A stretch of 64,000 nt of DNA from Candidatus Latescibacterota bacterium (GTDB lineage Bacteria > Latescibacterota > UBA2968 > GCA-2709665): positions 4,032,001-4,096,000 of the forward strand of contig OZ220733.1 in assembly GCA_965116875.1 (NCBI GenBank), in the 5' to 3' direction. Positions 21,829 through 32,467 of this stretch are shown here, piece by piece; within the stretch, counting starts at the first letter, position 1; each line of letters begins with the position of its first letter. Both the position numbers and the translations under genes were made by a program. Under the pieces are notes generated by a model that worked only from the letters and a program-made list of their open reading frames with translations, did no database searches and was not told where the DNA came from.

Positions 21829-22485
21829 TTGGGCCAGAAAACACATCCAACAGGATTTCGGCTGGGCATCGTAAAGGACTGGCGTTCCCGCTGGTTTGCC
21901 GGTCGGGATTTTGCCGAATTGCTCAAGGAAGACTTGATGTTGCGGCGCTACATCCAGAGCAGACTGCAACGGGCAAGCGTGTCTCAAATTGAGATCGAGC
22001 GTGCGCCGAAAAGAGTCACCATTTCGGTGCATACCGCGCGTCCGGGCATCGTGATCGGGCGTAAGGGGCAGGAGGTCGACAAACTCAGAGACGAACTGAA
22101 ACACATCACCGGAAAAGAGATTTACATAAATATCCAGGAAATCAAGCGGCCGGAACTGAATGCGCAGCTGGTTGCCGACAACATCGCGCGTCAGCTGGAG
22201 CAACGCGTTTCTTTTCGCCGAGCGATGAAAAAGGCCATCGCTTCTGCGATGCGCATGGGCGCCGACGGCATCAAGATTGTATGCGGAGGGCGTCTGGGCG
22301 GCGCGGAAATGGCGCGGATCGAAAAGTCGGAACCCGCCGGGAGAGTGCCCTTGCAGACGCTTCGCGCCGATATAGACTATGCAACCTCCACGGCGTTTAC
22401 AACCTCCGGCACGGTCGGGGTGAAAGTATGGGTGTGTCACGGCGAGGTCGTGGAAGGCCGGGCTCCCGGGGGGGCCGCGCAGTAG
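21829..22485 (+). CDS. rpsC: 30S ribosomal protein S3
   Basis: [29 protein letters not shown]; TTG start with GGAGG RBS. Confidence 0.98.
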   Translation: MGQKTHPTGFRLGIVKDWRSRWFAGRDFAELLKEDLMLRRYIQSRLQRASVSQIEIERAPKRVTISVHTARPGIVIGRKGQEVDKLRDELKHITGKEIYINIQEIKRPELNAQLVADNIARQLEQRVSFRRAMKKAIASAMRMGADGIKIVCGGRLGGAEMARIEKSEPAGRVPLQTLRADIDYATSTAFTTSGTVGVKVWVCHGEVVEGRAPGGAAQ

Positions 22486-22517
22486 TGGTAACCCGGGATA
22501 TCTGAGGATCAGACTCC

Positions 22518-22937
22518 ATGTTAATGCCGAAAAGGGTCAAGTGGCGAAAACAGCAGCGTGGGCGTATGCGCGGCATGGCGCACCGGGGGAGCCGCATCGC
22601 TTTCGGCGAATTCGCGCTCCAGGCGCTGGAACCCGCGTGGATTACGAGCCGGCAGATCGAGGCGGCGCGTGTAGCCATCACCCGCGCACTCGGGCGTGGA
22701 GGAAAGGTGTGGATCCGGCTGTTTCCCGACAAGCCGGTCACCATCAAGCCCGCCGAGACCCGAATGGGGAAGGGCAAGGGGAACCCCGAATACTGGGTTG
22801 CTGTGGTGAAGCCGGGACGCATCATGTTCGAGATCGACGGCGTTGGACGGGAGAGCGCCCGGGAAGCCATGCGAAAGGCCGGCCACAAGATGCCCATAAA
22901 GACCCGGTTTATCGAACGGGGAGACAGCGAAGAATGA
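22518..22937 (+). CDS. rplP: 50S ribosomal protein L16
   Basis: [18 protein letters not shown]. Confidence 0.98.
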   Translation: MLMPKRVKWRKQQRGRMRGMAHRGSRIAFGEFALQALEPAWITSRQIEAARVAITRALGRGGKVWIRLFPDKPVTIKPAETRMGKGKGNPEYWVAVVKPGRIMFEIDGVGRESAREAMRKAGHKMPIKTRFIERGDSEE

Positions 22938-23179
22938 AAGCCAGCGAGATTCGTCAGATGACGCAGAGCGAGGTCGATGAGTTGCTTGGAGACAGACTCG
23001 AGGAGTTGTCCAACCTGAGAATTCAGCTTGTCACCCAGCAGCTCGATAATCCGCTCAGGGTCAAGTCGGTCCGGCGGGATATCGCCCGGATCAGAACGGT
23101 ACTGAGGGAGCGCACAATGGACGGGAACGCCTCGACCGGGGCCGTGGGCGCCGAATCCACCGGATCGGAAGGAAATTAA
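22934..23179 (+). CDS. rpmC: 50S ribosomal protein L29
   Basis: MKASEIR...RRDIARIRT; ATGA overlap with rplP. Confidence 0.95.
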   Translation: MKASEIRQMTQSEVDELLGDRLEELSNLRIQLVTQQLDNPLRVKSVRRDIARIRTVLRERTMDGNASTGAVGAESTGSEGN

Positions 23180-23183
23180 GACT

Positions 23184-23450
23184 ATGGGACAATCCGTCGC
23201 GCGGGGACGTCGCAAGACCGTTGTGGGCCGGGTTCTGAGCAATCGGGCCAATAAGACAATCGTCGTGGAAGTCACGTGGCGTACCCCTCATCCGCTTTAC
23301 GGCAAGGTCGTCCGACGTCGTTCCAGGTTCGCGGCGCACGACGAGAACAACACTGCAAACGCCGGCGACACCGTACTGATCATGGAGACCCGTCCGATCA
23401 GCAAGACCAAACGGTGGCGTCTTGCCGAGATACTGGAAAAGGTTCAATAA
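23184..23450 (+). CDS. rpsQ: 30S ribosomal protein S17
   Basis: [17 protein letters not shown]. Confidence 0.98.
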   Translation: MGQSVARGRRKTVVGRVLSNRANKTIVVEVTWRTPHPLYGKVVRRRSRFAAHDENNTANAGDTVLIMETRPISKTKRWRLAEILEKVQ

Positions 23451-23463
23451 GGAGTATCGGAGG

Positions 23464-23832
23464 ATGGTTACGGAACAGACGGTGTTGAACTGCGCCGACA
23501 ACAGTGGCGCCCGAAAAGTCATGTGTTTCAGGGTGCTGGGCGGATCCCGGAGAAAATATGCCGGTCTGGGCGATACGATCGTGGTTGCGGTAAAGGACGC
23601 CCAGCCCAACAGTGAGGTGAAGAAGGGAGAAGTCGCGCGGGCGGTCATTGTTCGAACAAAGAAGGAGGCCCGACGTTCCGACGGTTCCTACATTCGTTTC
23701 GACGACAACGCGGCGGTTCTGATCAATGCCGAGGGAGAACCCAGGGCAACCCGTATCTTCGGCCCTGTCGCACGGGAACTGCGCGACAGGAGGTTCATGC
23801 GGATTGTTTCTCTGGCGGCGGAAGTGGTTTGA
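23464..23832 (+). CDS. rplN: 50S ribosomal protein L14
   Basis: [23 protein letters not shown]. Confidence 0.98.
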   Translation: MVTEQTVLNCADNSGARKVMCFRVLGGSRRKYAGLGDTIVVAVKDAQPNSEVKKGEVARAVIVRTKKEARRSDGSYIRFDDNAAVLINAEGEPRATRIFGPVARELRDRRFMRIVSLAAEVV

Positions 23833-23860
23833 TTCTTTAGATAGTGAGGAGAGTCGAAGG

Positions 23861-24187
23861 GTGAAAATTCATCTTCGCAAGGGAGACCAGGTCGAGGTGA
23901 TCGGGGGCGTCGACGCAGGGAGGCGTGGACGCGTATTGAGAGTACTCCCCAAAAGGTCGCGTGCGCTGGTTGAAGGCGTGAACTTCATTAAACGACATAC
24001 CAAGCCGGGGCCCAAGAACCAGCAGGGCGGGATCATCGAGAAAGAGGCTCCTATACATATCTCCAATCTCATGTTGATCGATCCACAGACCGACGAACCC
24101 ACGAGGATACGCCGGCAGAGACTTGAAAACGGCGTCCGGATTCGGCTTTCCGTCAAGAGCGGCGAACAGATCACCGAAGCGAGTTGA
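23861..24187 (+). CDS. rplX: 50S ribosomal protein L24
   Basis: [18 protein letters not shown]; GTG start. Confidence 0.97.
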   Translation: MKIHLRKGDQVEVIGGVDAGRRGRVLRVLPKRSRALVEGVNFIKRHTKPGPKNQQGGIIEKEAPIHISNLMLIDPQTDEPTRIRRQRLENGVRIRLSVKSGEQITEAS

Positions 24188-24200
24188 TAGCGAGGGCTGG

Positions 24201-24761
24201 ATGGCTGCGCGACTCCGTGAAATGTACAGCAACGAGATCGTCCCGGCGATGGTTTCCCATTTCGCCTACAAGAACAGGATGCAGGTGCCCAGACTGGAGA
24301 AGGTCGTCCTGAACATGGGGCTGGGAGAGGCCGTCCAGAATCCAAAGGCGATTGACAGCGCCATCGCGGACCTGTCCACCATAGCGGGGCAGCGTCCGTC
24401 GATTCGACGGGCGAAGAAATCCGTCTCGAATTTCAAACTGCGCGAGGGTACCCCGGTCGGGTGCGCCGTAACGCTGCGCCGAGACCGGATGTATGAGTTT
24501 CTCGATCGGTTTTTCGCCTTTGCCTTACCACGCACACGTGATTTCAGGGGTTTGTCCCCCAATGCCTTCGACGGCCGGGGGAATTACACCGTGGGGGTTC
24601 GGGAGCAGATCATCTTTCCAGAGATCAGCTACGATGAAATCGATCAGGTCAGAGGCCTGGACGTAACCATCGTAACCACGGCCAGTACCGACGAAGAAGC
24701 ATTTGAATTGCTCAGGCGCTTTGGCATGCCGTTCCAGGCTCAGACTGCCGAAGCCGCCTGA
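24201..24761 (+). CDS. rplE: 50S ribosomal protein L5
   Basis: KVVLNMG, RDFRG, FDGRGNY. Confidence 0.98.
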   Translation: MAARLREMYSNEIVPAMVSHFAYKNRMQVPRLEKVVLNMGLGEAVQNPKAIDSAIADLSTIAGQRPSIRRAKKSVSNFKLREGTPVGCAVTLRRDRMYEFLDRFFAFALPRTRDFRGLSPNAFDGRGNYTVGVREQIIFPEISYDEIDQVRGLDVTIVTTASTDEEAFELLRRFGMPFQAQTAEAA

Positions 24762-24783
24762 TTCCAGGAAAGTGAGCGAACTT

Positions 24784-24969
24784 GTGGCGAAGAAGACGTT
24801 GATTGTAAAGGCAAACAGGAAACCGAAGTTTGCGGTTCGCCGGTATAATCGCTGCCATCGCTGCGGACGCCCCAGAGGCTACATGAGGCAGTTCGGTATC
24901 TGCAGGATCTGTTTCAGAGAACTGGCGTTGATGGGTGAGATACCCGGAGTCGCGAAGGCGAGTTGGTAG
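24784..24969 (+). CDS. rpsN: 30S ribosomal protein S14 type Z
   Basis: 61 aa, CxxC...CxxC, KASW. Confidence 0.97.
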   Translation: MAKKTLIVKANRKPKFAVRRYNRCHRCGRPRGYMRQFGICRICFRELALMGEIPGVAKASW

Positions 24970-25000
24970 TCGTCCCGACAGACAGGAGGCGGTTGGCCCT

Positions 25001-25399
25001 ATGAGTATGAGCGATCCGATTGCGGATATGCTGACCCGTATTCGGAATGCAGCCGGTGCCGGTCACCGGAAGGTAGACATTCCGGGTTCCCGGACAAAAA
25101 CCGAAATTGCCCGGATTATGAAGTCAAGAGGGTTCATTCACAACTACGCCTGCGTGGAGGACAATCGGCAGGGATACATCCGCCTGTATCTCAGGTACAG
25201 TTCGGACGACGAGAGCGCCATACAGGGGCTGGACCGCGTCAGCCGGCCGGGATTGCGCCGTTACGTCCGTGTCGGTGAAATCCCAAGAGTACTCAACGGC
25301 CTTGGCGTTGCAATCCTGTCCACTCCACGGGGTATACTTACGGATAGCGAGGCACGAACGGCCGGGGTCGGCGGCGAGGTCCTCTGCCACCTCTGGTAA
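25001..25399 (+). CDS. rpsH: 30S ribosomal protein S8
   Basis: DPIADMLTRIRN, SRPGLR, GGEVL. Confidence 0.98.
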   Translation: MSMSDPIADMLTRIRNAAGAGHRKVDIPGSRTKTEIARIMKSRGFIHNYACVEDNRQGYIRLYLRYSSDDESAIQGLDRVSRPGLRRYVRVGEIPRVLNGLGVAILSTPRGILTDSEARTAGVGGEVLCHLW

Positions 25400-25415
25400 A
25401 CCGGGAGGAGTCCAG

Positions 25416-25982
25416 GTGTCACGTGTTGGAAGGCAGCCGATTGCTGTACCGGACGGTGTTCAGGTACGGGTGGAGTCTGACGGGGTGCTGGTGAAAGGCA
25501 GCAAGGGCGAACTGTCGGTCAGGGTACATCCGCTAACCCGGATCCGACAGGAAGACGGTACGATCCGGGTTACGGTAGAGGATGTTGACGACAGGGAGTC
25601 GAAAGCCATGTGGGGCCTGACGCGGGCGTTACTGGCGAATGCGGTCGAAGGCGTGCGCAATGGGTTTGAGAAGCGGCTGGTCGTCGTGGGTGTGGGGTAC
25701 CGGGCTGAAATGAAGGGCAGGAGTCTGGATTTACAGGTCGGCTTCAGCCATCCCGTGATCATCGAGCCCCTGGAAGGTATTGAAATAAACGTCGAACCCC
25801 CACCCGCCGAAATTGAGACAGCCCAGGCCTCGATTGTTGTTCGGGGCGCGGATAAGGAACGAGTGGGGCGAATGGCTGCCGAAATTCGAAAAGTCCGCCC
25901 CCCCGAGCCGTACAAGGGTAAGGGTATTCGGTACGTGAACGAGTACGTTCGACGCAAGGCCGGCAAGGCCGCCATAACGTAG
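25416..25982 (+). CDS. rplF: 50S ribosomal protein L6
   Basis: SRVGRQP, GVGYRA, PEPYKGKG. Confidence 0.98.
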   Translation: MSRVGRQPIAVPDGVQVRVESDGVLVKGSKGELSVRVHPLTRIRQEDGTIRVTVEDVDDRESKAMWGLTRALLANAVEGVRNGFEKRLVVVGVGYRAEMKGRSLDLQVGFSHPVIIEPLEGIEINVEPPPAEIETAQASIVVRGADKERVGRMAAEIRKVRPPEPYKGKGIRYVNEYVRRKAGKAAIT

Positions 25983-26000
25983 ACCAGGGAGCGGACTTTT

Positions 26001-26369
26001 ATGGCAAACCCTCAGATTCGGAAGGCCAGGCTGCGACAGCGCCGCAGATTGCGGATACGGAAAAAGATCCGCGGCACGCCCGGACGGCCTCGATTGGCTG
26101 TGAGTAGAAGCCTGAACCACATTGAAGTGCAACTGATCGACGACACGACGGGGCGTTCCCTGCTTGGACTCTCGAGCAATTCCCGGGAAATCCGGGATAC
26201 GCTCTCGGGCAACAAGAGCCAAAAGGGCCGAGAGGTGGGCCTCGCCCTTGCAACCAGGGCCCTGGAAGCCGGGATAAAGACCGTTGTATTCGACCGGGGC
26301 GGCCGCCTGTATCATGGCCGGATCAAGGCTCTGGCCGACGGAGCGAGAGAAGGCGGCCTGATGTTCTAG
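26001..26369 (+). CDS. rplR: 50S ribosomal protein L18
   Basis: RPRLAVSRS, VFDRGG-YHGR. Confidence 0.98.
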   Translation: MANPQIRKARLRQRRRLRIRKKIRGTPGRPRLAVSRSLNHIEVQLIDDTTGRSLLGLSSNSREIRDTLSGNKSQKGREVGLALATRALEAGIKTVVFDRGGRLYHGRIKALADGAREGGLMF

Positions 26370-26427
26370 CAGCCCGCCGAAAAAGTCCATCCGGCCTCGC
26401 CTGCAGAGCGACTTTCTCAACGGACTG
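26370..26427. mobile_element. family A MITE-like element, 58 bp short form
   Basis: Begins directly after rplR (C)TAG stop; TIRs CAGCCCGCCGAAAAAGTC / GACTTTCTCAACGGACTG. Confidence 0.75.
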
Positions 26428-26543
26428 CGAGGTCGGTTTTTCTGTCCCGGAGGTGAGTCGCCGGACCATCGGGACGGAATGAGTCGGCAGGGGAGTGGTG
26501 AGGTATCCAGGGGACAGGACTCTAGATTCAAAGGAGTACCCAT

Positions 26544-27059
26544 TTGAAACGAATAGATTCTTCCGGATTGGATCTGACCGAAATCGTAATCAATAACAGC
26601 CTCAAGAGGGTGTCCCACGTTCGCAAGGGCGGCCGTCGATTTGCTTTCAATGTGATGGTCGTTGTAGGTGACCGTCAAGGTCACGTCGGTGCGGGAATGG
26701 GCAAAGCCGGAGAGGTTGCGGAAGCCATCCGCAAAGCGACCGAAAACGCCAAGAAGGAGCTGGTGCGAATTCCGTTAATCCACGGAACACTTCCGCATGA
26801 AATCATCGGCGTCTTTGGCGCTTCCCGAGTGCTGTTGCGGCCTGCTGCTCCGGGAACCGGTGTGATCGCAGGCGGGGGCATTCGAGCGGTACTGGAACTG
26901 GCAGGGGTACAGAACGTGCTGACCAAATCATTGGGGTCGCAGAACACCCACAATACCGTGAAGGCAACGCTTCAGGGCCTGTCCAGCCTCCGGGACGCGC
27001 GGGGGATTGCACGGTTACGTAACGTCGATGAGGCGGAGTTGACAGGCGCCCGGGAGTAA
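26544..27059 (+). CDS. rpsE: 30S ribosomal protein S5
   Basis: [18 protein letters not shown]; TTG start with AGGAG RBS. Confidence 0.97.
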   Translation: MKRIDSSGLDLTEIVINNSLKRVSHVRKGGRRFAFNVMVVVGDRQGHVGAGMGKAGEVAEAIRKATENAKKELVRIPLIHGTLPHEIIGVFGASRVLLRPAAPGTGVIAGGGIRAVLELAGVQNVLTKSLGSQNTHNTVKATLQGLSSLRDARGIARLRNVDEAELTGARE

Positions 27060-27065
27060 CACGGC

Positions 27066-27263
27066 ATGACACACGTCGGCGGAAAGCTGAAAATTACCCA
27101 GGTACGCAGTTTGATTTCAAGAAACGAAAAGCAGCGGCGTACGCTCACTGCTCTTGGAATACACCGTATACGCCACAGCGTGGTTCACGACGACACGGCG
27201 CAGATCCGCGGTATGGTCAACATGGTTGCACACCTTGTGGACGTAGAACCGGCAGACGGCTGA
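27066..27263 (+). CDS. rpmD: 50S ribosomal protein L30
   Basis: KITQVRS, IRGM; synteny. Confidence 0.95.
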   Translation: MTHVGGKLKITQVRSLISRNEKQRRTLTALGIHRIRHSVVHDDTAQIRGMVNMVAHLVDVEPADG

Positions 27264-27339
27264 TTCCAGGGGATGCAACTTTGCAGGACCCGTTCCAGGG
27301 AACCGGGGTTATCTTCCCTAAAACATAGAGGTCACGAGG

Positions 27340-27801
27340 ATGAAACCAGGAAAGCTCAAGTCTCCCGCGGGCGCCGTCAAGAACCGCAAACGTCTCGGTT
27401 GCGGCGTTGGTTCCGGATGCGGAAAAACAAGCGGAAAAGGACACAAGGGCCAAAAGTCGCGTTCCGGCGCGAAGACCAGGCCGTGGTTTGAAGGCGGGCA
27501 GATGCCGTTGCAACGAAGGCTGCCCAAAGTGGGATTCAATAATCCTCAGAAGGTGGTCTATCAGGTCGTTAATCTGGACGATATGGCGAGACGGGGATTG
27601 TCCGGTGAAGTGACTCCCCAACACCTGAAACAGACGGGCCTGATACGGTCAATCCGGCGGCCTGTGAAGATCCTGGGACGTGGTGAGGTCTCCGATGCCA
27701 TTCAGGTTCAGGCACACGCAGTATCCCGATCGGCCAGGGGGAAGATCGAAGCGGCTGGTGGCAGTGTCAGCCTGATGGACGTCGGATCCGGGGCGGGTTA
27801 A
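27340..27801 (+). CDS. rplO: 50S ribosomal protein L15
   Basis: GKTSGKGHKGQ, FEGGQMPL. Confidence 0.98.
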   Translation: MKPGKLKSPAGAVKNRKRLGCGVGSGCGKTSGKGHKGQKSRSGAKTRPWFEGGQMPLQRRLPKVGFNNPQKVVYQVVNLDDMARRGLSGEVTPQHLKQTGLIRSIRRPVKILGRGEVSDAIQVQAHAVSRSARGKIEAAGGSVSLMDVGSGAG

Positions 27802-27816
27802 TTTGCAGAGGAGGCG

Positions 27817-29157
27817 GTGGTGCTCCAGAGTTTCCAGAGTGCGTTTCGAATCCCCGAGCTGCGCAATCGCATCCTGTTCACGCTGGGTATTCTTGTGGTC
27901 TTCCGGGTTGGCACGTATGTGACCATTCCCGGCATCGACCCGAGGGCTCTCGACGAGTATTTCAGCAGCGCTGCTACCGGTGTTCTGGGATTCTACGACA
28001 TGTTTGCCGGTGGCGCGTTCGGCCGTGCAACCGTCTTCGCGCTTGGCATTATGCCGTATATCAGCGCCTCAATCATACTCCAGTTGATGGGTGCTGTAAT
28101 CCCGTTTTTGCAAAAACTCCAGAAGGAGGGCGAAGAGGGACGCAAGAAGATCACCCAATATACCCGCTACGGGACCGTTGCGCTGGCTGCCGCGCAGTCA
28201 TTTGGCGTCAGCCTGTTTATGGAAAGCCTCAGGTCACCCATCACGGGCATGCTGGTTGTGCCGGATCCGGGTCTGGGCTTTCGGTTGTTGACAATTCTGA
28301 CCATCACCGCGGGAACCGTATTTGTGATGTGGCTGGGTGAACAGATCGACGACCGGGGTATCGGCAACGGCATGTCGATGTTGATTTTCATAGGCATCAT
28401 TGCACGCGCGCCCGCGGCGGTTATTCAGGAATATCAGGATTTCGTGGCCAACAACAAGCCGATCCTGCTGGAGCTGTTCGTAGTCGTTATTATCATCGCA
28501 GTTACCGCGCTTGTGGTACTCATAACGCAGGGAACGCGGAAAATTCCCGTACAATACGCCAAACGCGTCGTGGGCAGGCGCGTATACGGCGGCCAGAGCA
28601 CGCACATTCCGCTAAAGGTGAATACTTCGGGGGTCATGCCGATTATATTCGCGCAGGCTATTATGTTCCTGCCATCCACTCTGGCGAATTTTTTTCCGAT
28701 GAACGAGTGGGTGCAGGATATGGCGTCACGGTTTTCACCTGCCACCACGTTGCACGCGCTGCCATACTGGATACTCTACTCCTCGATGATCATCTTTTTC
28801 GCCTATTTTTATACGGCAATCGTCTTCAACCCGGTAGACCTCGCCGATAATATGAAGCGACAGGGCGGGTTCATTCCCGGGATCCGGCCCGGTCGACGCA
28901 CGTCCGACTTTATCGACCGGATTTTGACCCGAATCACGCTTCCGGGATCGATCTTCCTCGCGGCGATCGCGGTCTTCCCGTTTTTCGTTATCAGTTGGGC
29001 GGACGTGAATCCCGGTCTGATCGACTTCTTCGGGGGTACCGGGCTTCTGATCATCGTCGGCGTGGCGCTGGATACGCTGCAGCGCGTGGAGTCGCACCTC
29101 CTGATGCGTCATTACGACGGTTTTATGAAAAAGGGAAGGTTGAGAGGCCGGAGATGA
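27817..29157 (+). CDS. secY: preprotein translocase SecY
   Basis: [25 protein letters not shown]; polytopic. Confidence 0.99.
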   Translation: MVLQSFQSAFRIPELRNRILFTLGILVVFRVGTYVTIPGIDPRALDEYFSSAATGVLGFYDMFAGGAFGRATVFALGIMPYISASIILQLMGAVIPFLQKLQKEGEEGRKKITQYTRYGTVALAAAQSFGVSLFMESLRSPITGMLVVPDPGLGFRLLTILTITAGTVFVMWLGEQIDDRGIGNGMSMLIFIGIIARAPAAVIQEYQDFVANNKPILLELFVVVIIIAVTALVVLITQGTRKIPVQYAKRVVGRRVYGGQSTHIPLKVNTSGVMPIIFAQAIMFLPSTLANFFPMNEWVQDMASRFSPATTLHALPYWILYSSMIIFFAYFYTAIVFNPVDLADNMKRQGGFIPGIRPGRRTSDFIDRILTRITLPGSIFLAAIAVFPFFVISWADVNPGLIDFFGGTGLLIIVGVALDTLQRVESHLLMRHYDGFMKKGRLRGRR

Positions 29158-29173
29158 CCGAAAGGACAGACCG

Positions 29174-29290
29174 ATGAGGGTCCGAGCATCCGTAAAAAAA
29201 CGCTGCAATCACTGCAAGGTCATTCGCCGCAAGGGCGTGGTCCGTGTGATATGCAAGCACGATCCAAGTCATAAACAGAGACAGGGATAG
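29174..29290 (+). CDS. rpmJ: 50S ribosomal protein L36
   Basis: Manually translated [38 protein letters not shown]. Confidence 0.96.
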   Translation: MRVRASVKKRCNHCKVIRRKGVVRVICKHDPSHKQRQG

Positions 29291-29322
29291 ACCTTCGGAA
29301 TCCGAACGGAGGAGGAGATACG

Positions 29323-29703
29323 ATGGCTCGTATCGCAGGTGTGGATGTTCCGCGCGAAAAGCGTGTAGAAATCGCACTGACCTACATTTATGGAATTGGC
29401 AGAAGTTCCTCAAACCGGATCCTTGAAAAAACGCAGATTTCACCGGACACCCGCGTCGATGCGTTAAGCGAGGAAGACGTCACGAAACTCCGGAGCGTGA
29501 TCGAGGGGGAATACCGGGTGGAAGGCAACCTCAGAAGCGAAGTGGCCATGAATATCAAGCGGCTGATGGACATCGGCTGCTATCGCGGGCTGAGGTGGCG
29601 GAGGGGGCTCCCGGTGCGCGGCCAGCGGACCCGGACGAACGCCCGGACGAGAAAAGGCCCCAAAAAGGGCCAGATTGCCAAGAAAAAGATAGCACAACAC
29701 TAA
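29323..29703 (+). CDS. rpsM: 30S ribosomal protein S13
   Basis: [24 protein letters not shown]. Confidence 0.98.
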   Translation: MARIAGVDVPREKRVEIALTYIYGIGRSSSNRILEKTQISPDTRVDALSEEDVTKLRSVIEGEYRVEGNLRSEVAMNIKRLMDIGCYRGLRWRRGLPVRGQRTRTNARTRKGPKKGQIAKKKIAQH

Positions 29704-29731
29704 GAAGAATCAACGCTAAGGAGGCGAACAC

Positions 29732-30121
29732 TTGCCACCCGAACAAAGAAAAGTCCGAAGAAGGAACAAGAGGGTTGACGGACAGGGCGTAGCCCACATT
29801 AAGGCCACGTTCAATAATACCATCGTTACCCTGACCGATAAAGACGGACACGTGATTTCGTGGTCCACAACCGGCAAGGTGGGTTTCAAGGGTTCACGCA
29901 AGAGTACGCCGTTTGCAGCGCAGTTGGCCGCGGAATCCGCGGCAAAGGAAGCGATGTCCATGGGGCTGCGACGTGTCGAGGTTTGGGTCAAGGGTCCTGG
30001 CGTCGGCCGCGAAGCCGCCGTCCGCGCTCTACAGGGCGCGGGGTTGGAAATCGCGGCTATTCGTGACGTTACACCGATTCCTCACAACGGTTGTCGGCCG
30101 CCGAAGCGGCGGCGTGTATAG
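29732..30121 (+). CDS. rpsK: 30S ribosomal protein S11
   Basis: [20 protein letters not shown]. Confidence 0.98.
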   Translation: MPPEQRKVRRRNKRVDGQGVAHIKATFNNTIVTLTDKDGHVISWSTTGKVGFKGSRKSTPFAAQLAAESAAKEAMSMGLRRVEVWVKGPGVGREAAVRALQGAGLEIAAIRDVTPIPHNGCRPPKRRRV

Positions 30122-30150
30122 CGGCATCCGACCTGGGAGAGGTCTATTGC

Positions 30151-30780
30151 ATGGCAAGGTATACAGATTCCAGTTGCAAATTGTGTCGACGTGAAGGGGT
30201 TAAGCTGTTCCTCAAGGGCGAACGCTGCTATCTGGACAAATGCTCGTTTGAAAAGCGCAGCTATGCGCCCGGCATGCACGGACAGCGGCAGGGACGCAAA
30301 CCTTCCGAATATGCCCTGCAGCTCAGAGAGAAGCAGAAGGCCAAACGCCAGTACGGTGTGTTGGAGAGTCAGTTCCGGGGCTATTATCACAAGGCAGCCA
30401 GCCGGAAAGGCGTAACCGGCGAACTCCTCCTGCAGACGCTTGAGAGCCGGCTGGACAATGTGACCCACAGGCTGGGCTTCGCGCCGTCTCACAAGGCGGC
30501 GCGCCAACTCGTGCGCCACCGGCACATCATGGTGAACGACCGCATCGTCGACGTCCCTTCCTTTCAGGTCTCGCCCGGGGATACCATTCAGGTCCGGGAA
30601 AAGAGCCGCCAGTTGGCGTTGATCCACGACTCCATCAAGCGGATCGGCGAGGGGCGACAGGCGCCATGGCTGTCTCTGGACAAAGTCAATCTCACCGGAA
30701 CCGTTCTCGAGTATCCCGAGAGGGAGGGTATTCCGACTCCCGTCGAAGAGCAACTCATCGTGGAGCTTTATTCGAAATAG
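30151..30780 (+). CDS. rpsD: 30S ribosomal protein S4 (Zn-binding type)
   Basis: MARYT-CKLCRREG, LESRLDN, IVELYSK. Confidence 0.98.
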   Translation: MARYTDSSCKLCRREGVKLFLKGERCYLDKCSFEKRSYAPGMHGQRQGRKPSEYALQLREKQKAKRQYGVLESQFRGYYHKAASRKGVTGELLLQTLESRLDNVTHRLGFAPSHKAARQLVRHRHIMVNDRIVDVPSFQVSPGDTIQVREKSRQLALIHDSIKRIGEGRQAPWLSLDKVNLTGTVLEYPEREGIPTPVEEQLIVELYSK

Positions 30781-30870
30781 CCGCTGTGGCTCGATGATGA
30801 GTGGACCCGTTTGCGCGACCGGGAGCGGATTGCCACATTGTCTTTCAGTGGAACCAAGGAGAATTCCTGT

Positions 30871-31887
30871 ATGAAGCCAAAGAACTTCCAGATGCCCAGA
30901 TCCGTGCAGATCGATGAGGATAGCCTCACCGATTCTTACGGGATGTTTACAGTGCAACCTCTTGAACGCGGGTTTGGTACCACCATTGGCAATGCATTGC
31001 GCCGGATATTGCTTTCATCGATTGAAGGCGCGGCCGTCAAGGCCATTCGTGTGGAAGGGGTACAGCACGAGTTCTCCGTTGTACAGGGCGTCGTCGAAGA
31101 CATGACTGAAATCGTTCTGAATCTCAAAGAAGTAAACCTCAGGATGCATTCGGACGAAGACAAGCTGCTTCGTATCGACAAGGAGGGGCCGAACACGTTG
31201 ACAGCGAAGGAACTGGATGTGGATGCCGACGTTGACGTGATGAATCCGGATCAGCACATCGCATCGCTGGATCAGGACGGCCATCTTGAAATGGAGATCA
31301 CTGTAGGCAAAGGGAGGGGTTACGTGCTTGCCGAAGAGAATAAAGTCACCGACCCCGCCACGGATACGATTATGCTCGACTCGGCATTCTCTCCCATCAG
31401 AAAGGTACACTACGAGGTGGACAATGCCCGCGTCGGGCAACAGACGGACTACGACAAACTGACGCTGACAGTATGGACAAACGGGGCCATTCGGCCAGAC
31501 GATGCCGTGTCTCACGCCGCAAAGATATTGAAGGACCATCTCGAGCTCTTCATACACTTCGAAGAAGAGCCGGAAGAGGAGGACGAGGAAGTCATCGACG
31601 AAGACACGCAGCGTGTGGCATCCCTTCTGCAGATGCCGGTGGAAGAACTGGAACTGTCCGTGCGTTCCGCCAACTGTTTGAAGGCGGCGAATATTCTGAC
31701 TCTTGAAGACCTGGTCCAGAAGACCGAGACCGAAATGCTCAAGTTCCGGAATTTCGGCCGCAAGTCGCTGAACGAATTGACTGCAATCCTGGAAGGGCTG
31801 GGCCTTCAGTTTGGCATGGATATATCGAAATACAGCGGGATTGCCCCGAAGAGCGAGGAAGTCGCGGTGCTGGAGGATGAATTTTAA
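30871..31887 (+). CDS. rpoA: RNA polymerase alpha subunit
   Basis: PLERGFGTTIGNALRR, LSVRSANCL, NFGRKSL. Confidence 0.99.
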   Translation: MKPKNFQMPRSVQIDEDSLTDSYGMFTVQPLERGFGTTIGNALRRILLSSIEGAAVKAIRVEGVQHEFSVVQGVVEDMTEIVLNLKEVNLRMHSDEDKLLRIDKEGPNTLTAKELDVDADVDVMNPDQHIASLDQDGHLEMEITVGKGRGYVLAEENKVTDPATDTIMLDSAFSPIRKVHYEVDNARVGQQTDYDKLTLTVWTNGAIRPDDAVSHAAKILKDHLELFIHFEEEPEEEDEEVIDEDTQRVASLLQMPVEELELSVRSANCLKAANILTLEDLVQKTETEMLKFRNFGRKSLNELTAILEGLGLQFGMDISKYSGIAPKSEEVAVLEDEF

Positions 31888-31915
31888 GACAGCTACTTAA
31901 CCTGAAAGACGGGCT

Positions 31916-32467
31916 ATGAGACACGGAAAACGGGGGCGCAAACTCGGTCGTACGGCCAGCCACAAGAGGGCAATGTTGAACAATATGGCCGCGTCCCTCT
32001 TCACGTACGGTTCCATACGCACCACCCACGCAAAGGCCAAGGAGCTGCGCGGCGTGGCCGAACGCCTCATTACGTTCGCGAAACGGGGCGATTTACACGC
32101 GAGACGGCAGGTTTTGCGACGGATTCGAAACCAGCGGGTGGTTGCCAGACTCTTCGACGAGATCGCGGTTTCGTTTTCGGAACGCAACGGCGGCTATCTC
32201 CGGTTGCTCAAACTCGGCCCCCGCCGCGGTGACCGCGTCGAAATGTGTCTGGTGGAAATGGTAGGGGACGAAACCAGAGCCGATTCCGCCGGACGACCGG
32301 AGTCGGACGATGGTGCCGGTGTCCGCAGCAAAGGCGGGGAACCGGCGGAGAGCGTCGCTGACGAGGCAACGGACGCCGCGAGTGAACCGGCTTCGGTTTC
32401 AACCGGCGAGGCCGAGCCCAAGCCAGCCAATGAATCGAGTGAGGCGCAAGAGCGTACGAAAAAATGA
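31916..32467 (+). CDS. rplQ: 50S ribosomal protein L17 with acidic C-terminal extension
   Basis: MRHGK-KLGR, RNGGYLR. Confidence 0.97.
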   Translation: MRHGKRGRKLGRTASHKRAMLNNMAASLFTYGSIRTTHAKAKELRGVAERLITFAKRGDLHARRQVLRRIRNQRVVARLFDEIAVSFSERNGGYLRLLKLGPRRGDRVEMCLVEMVGDETRADSAGRPESDDGAGVRSKGGEPAESVADEATDAASEPASVSTGEAEPKPANESSEAQERTKK

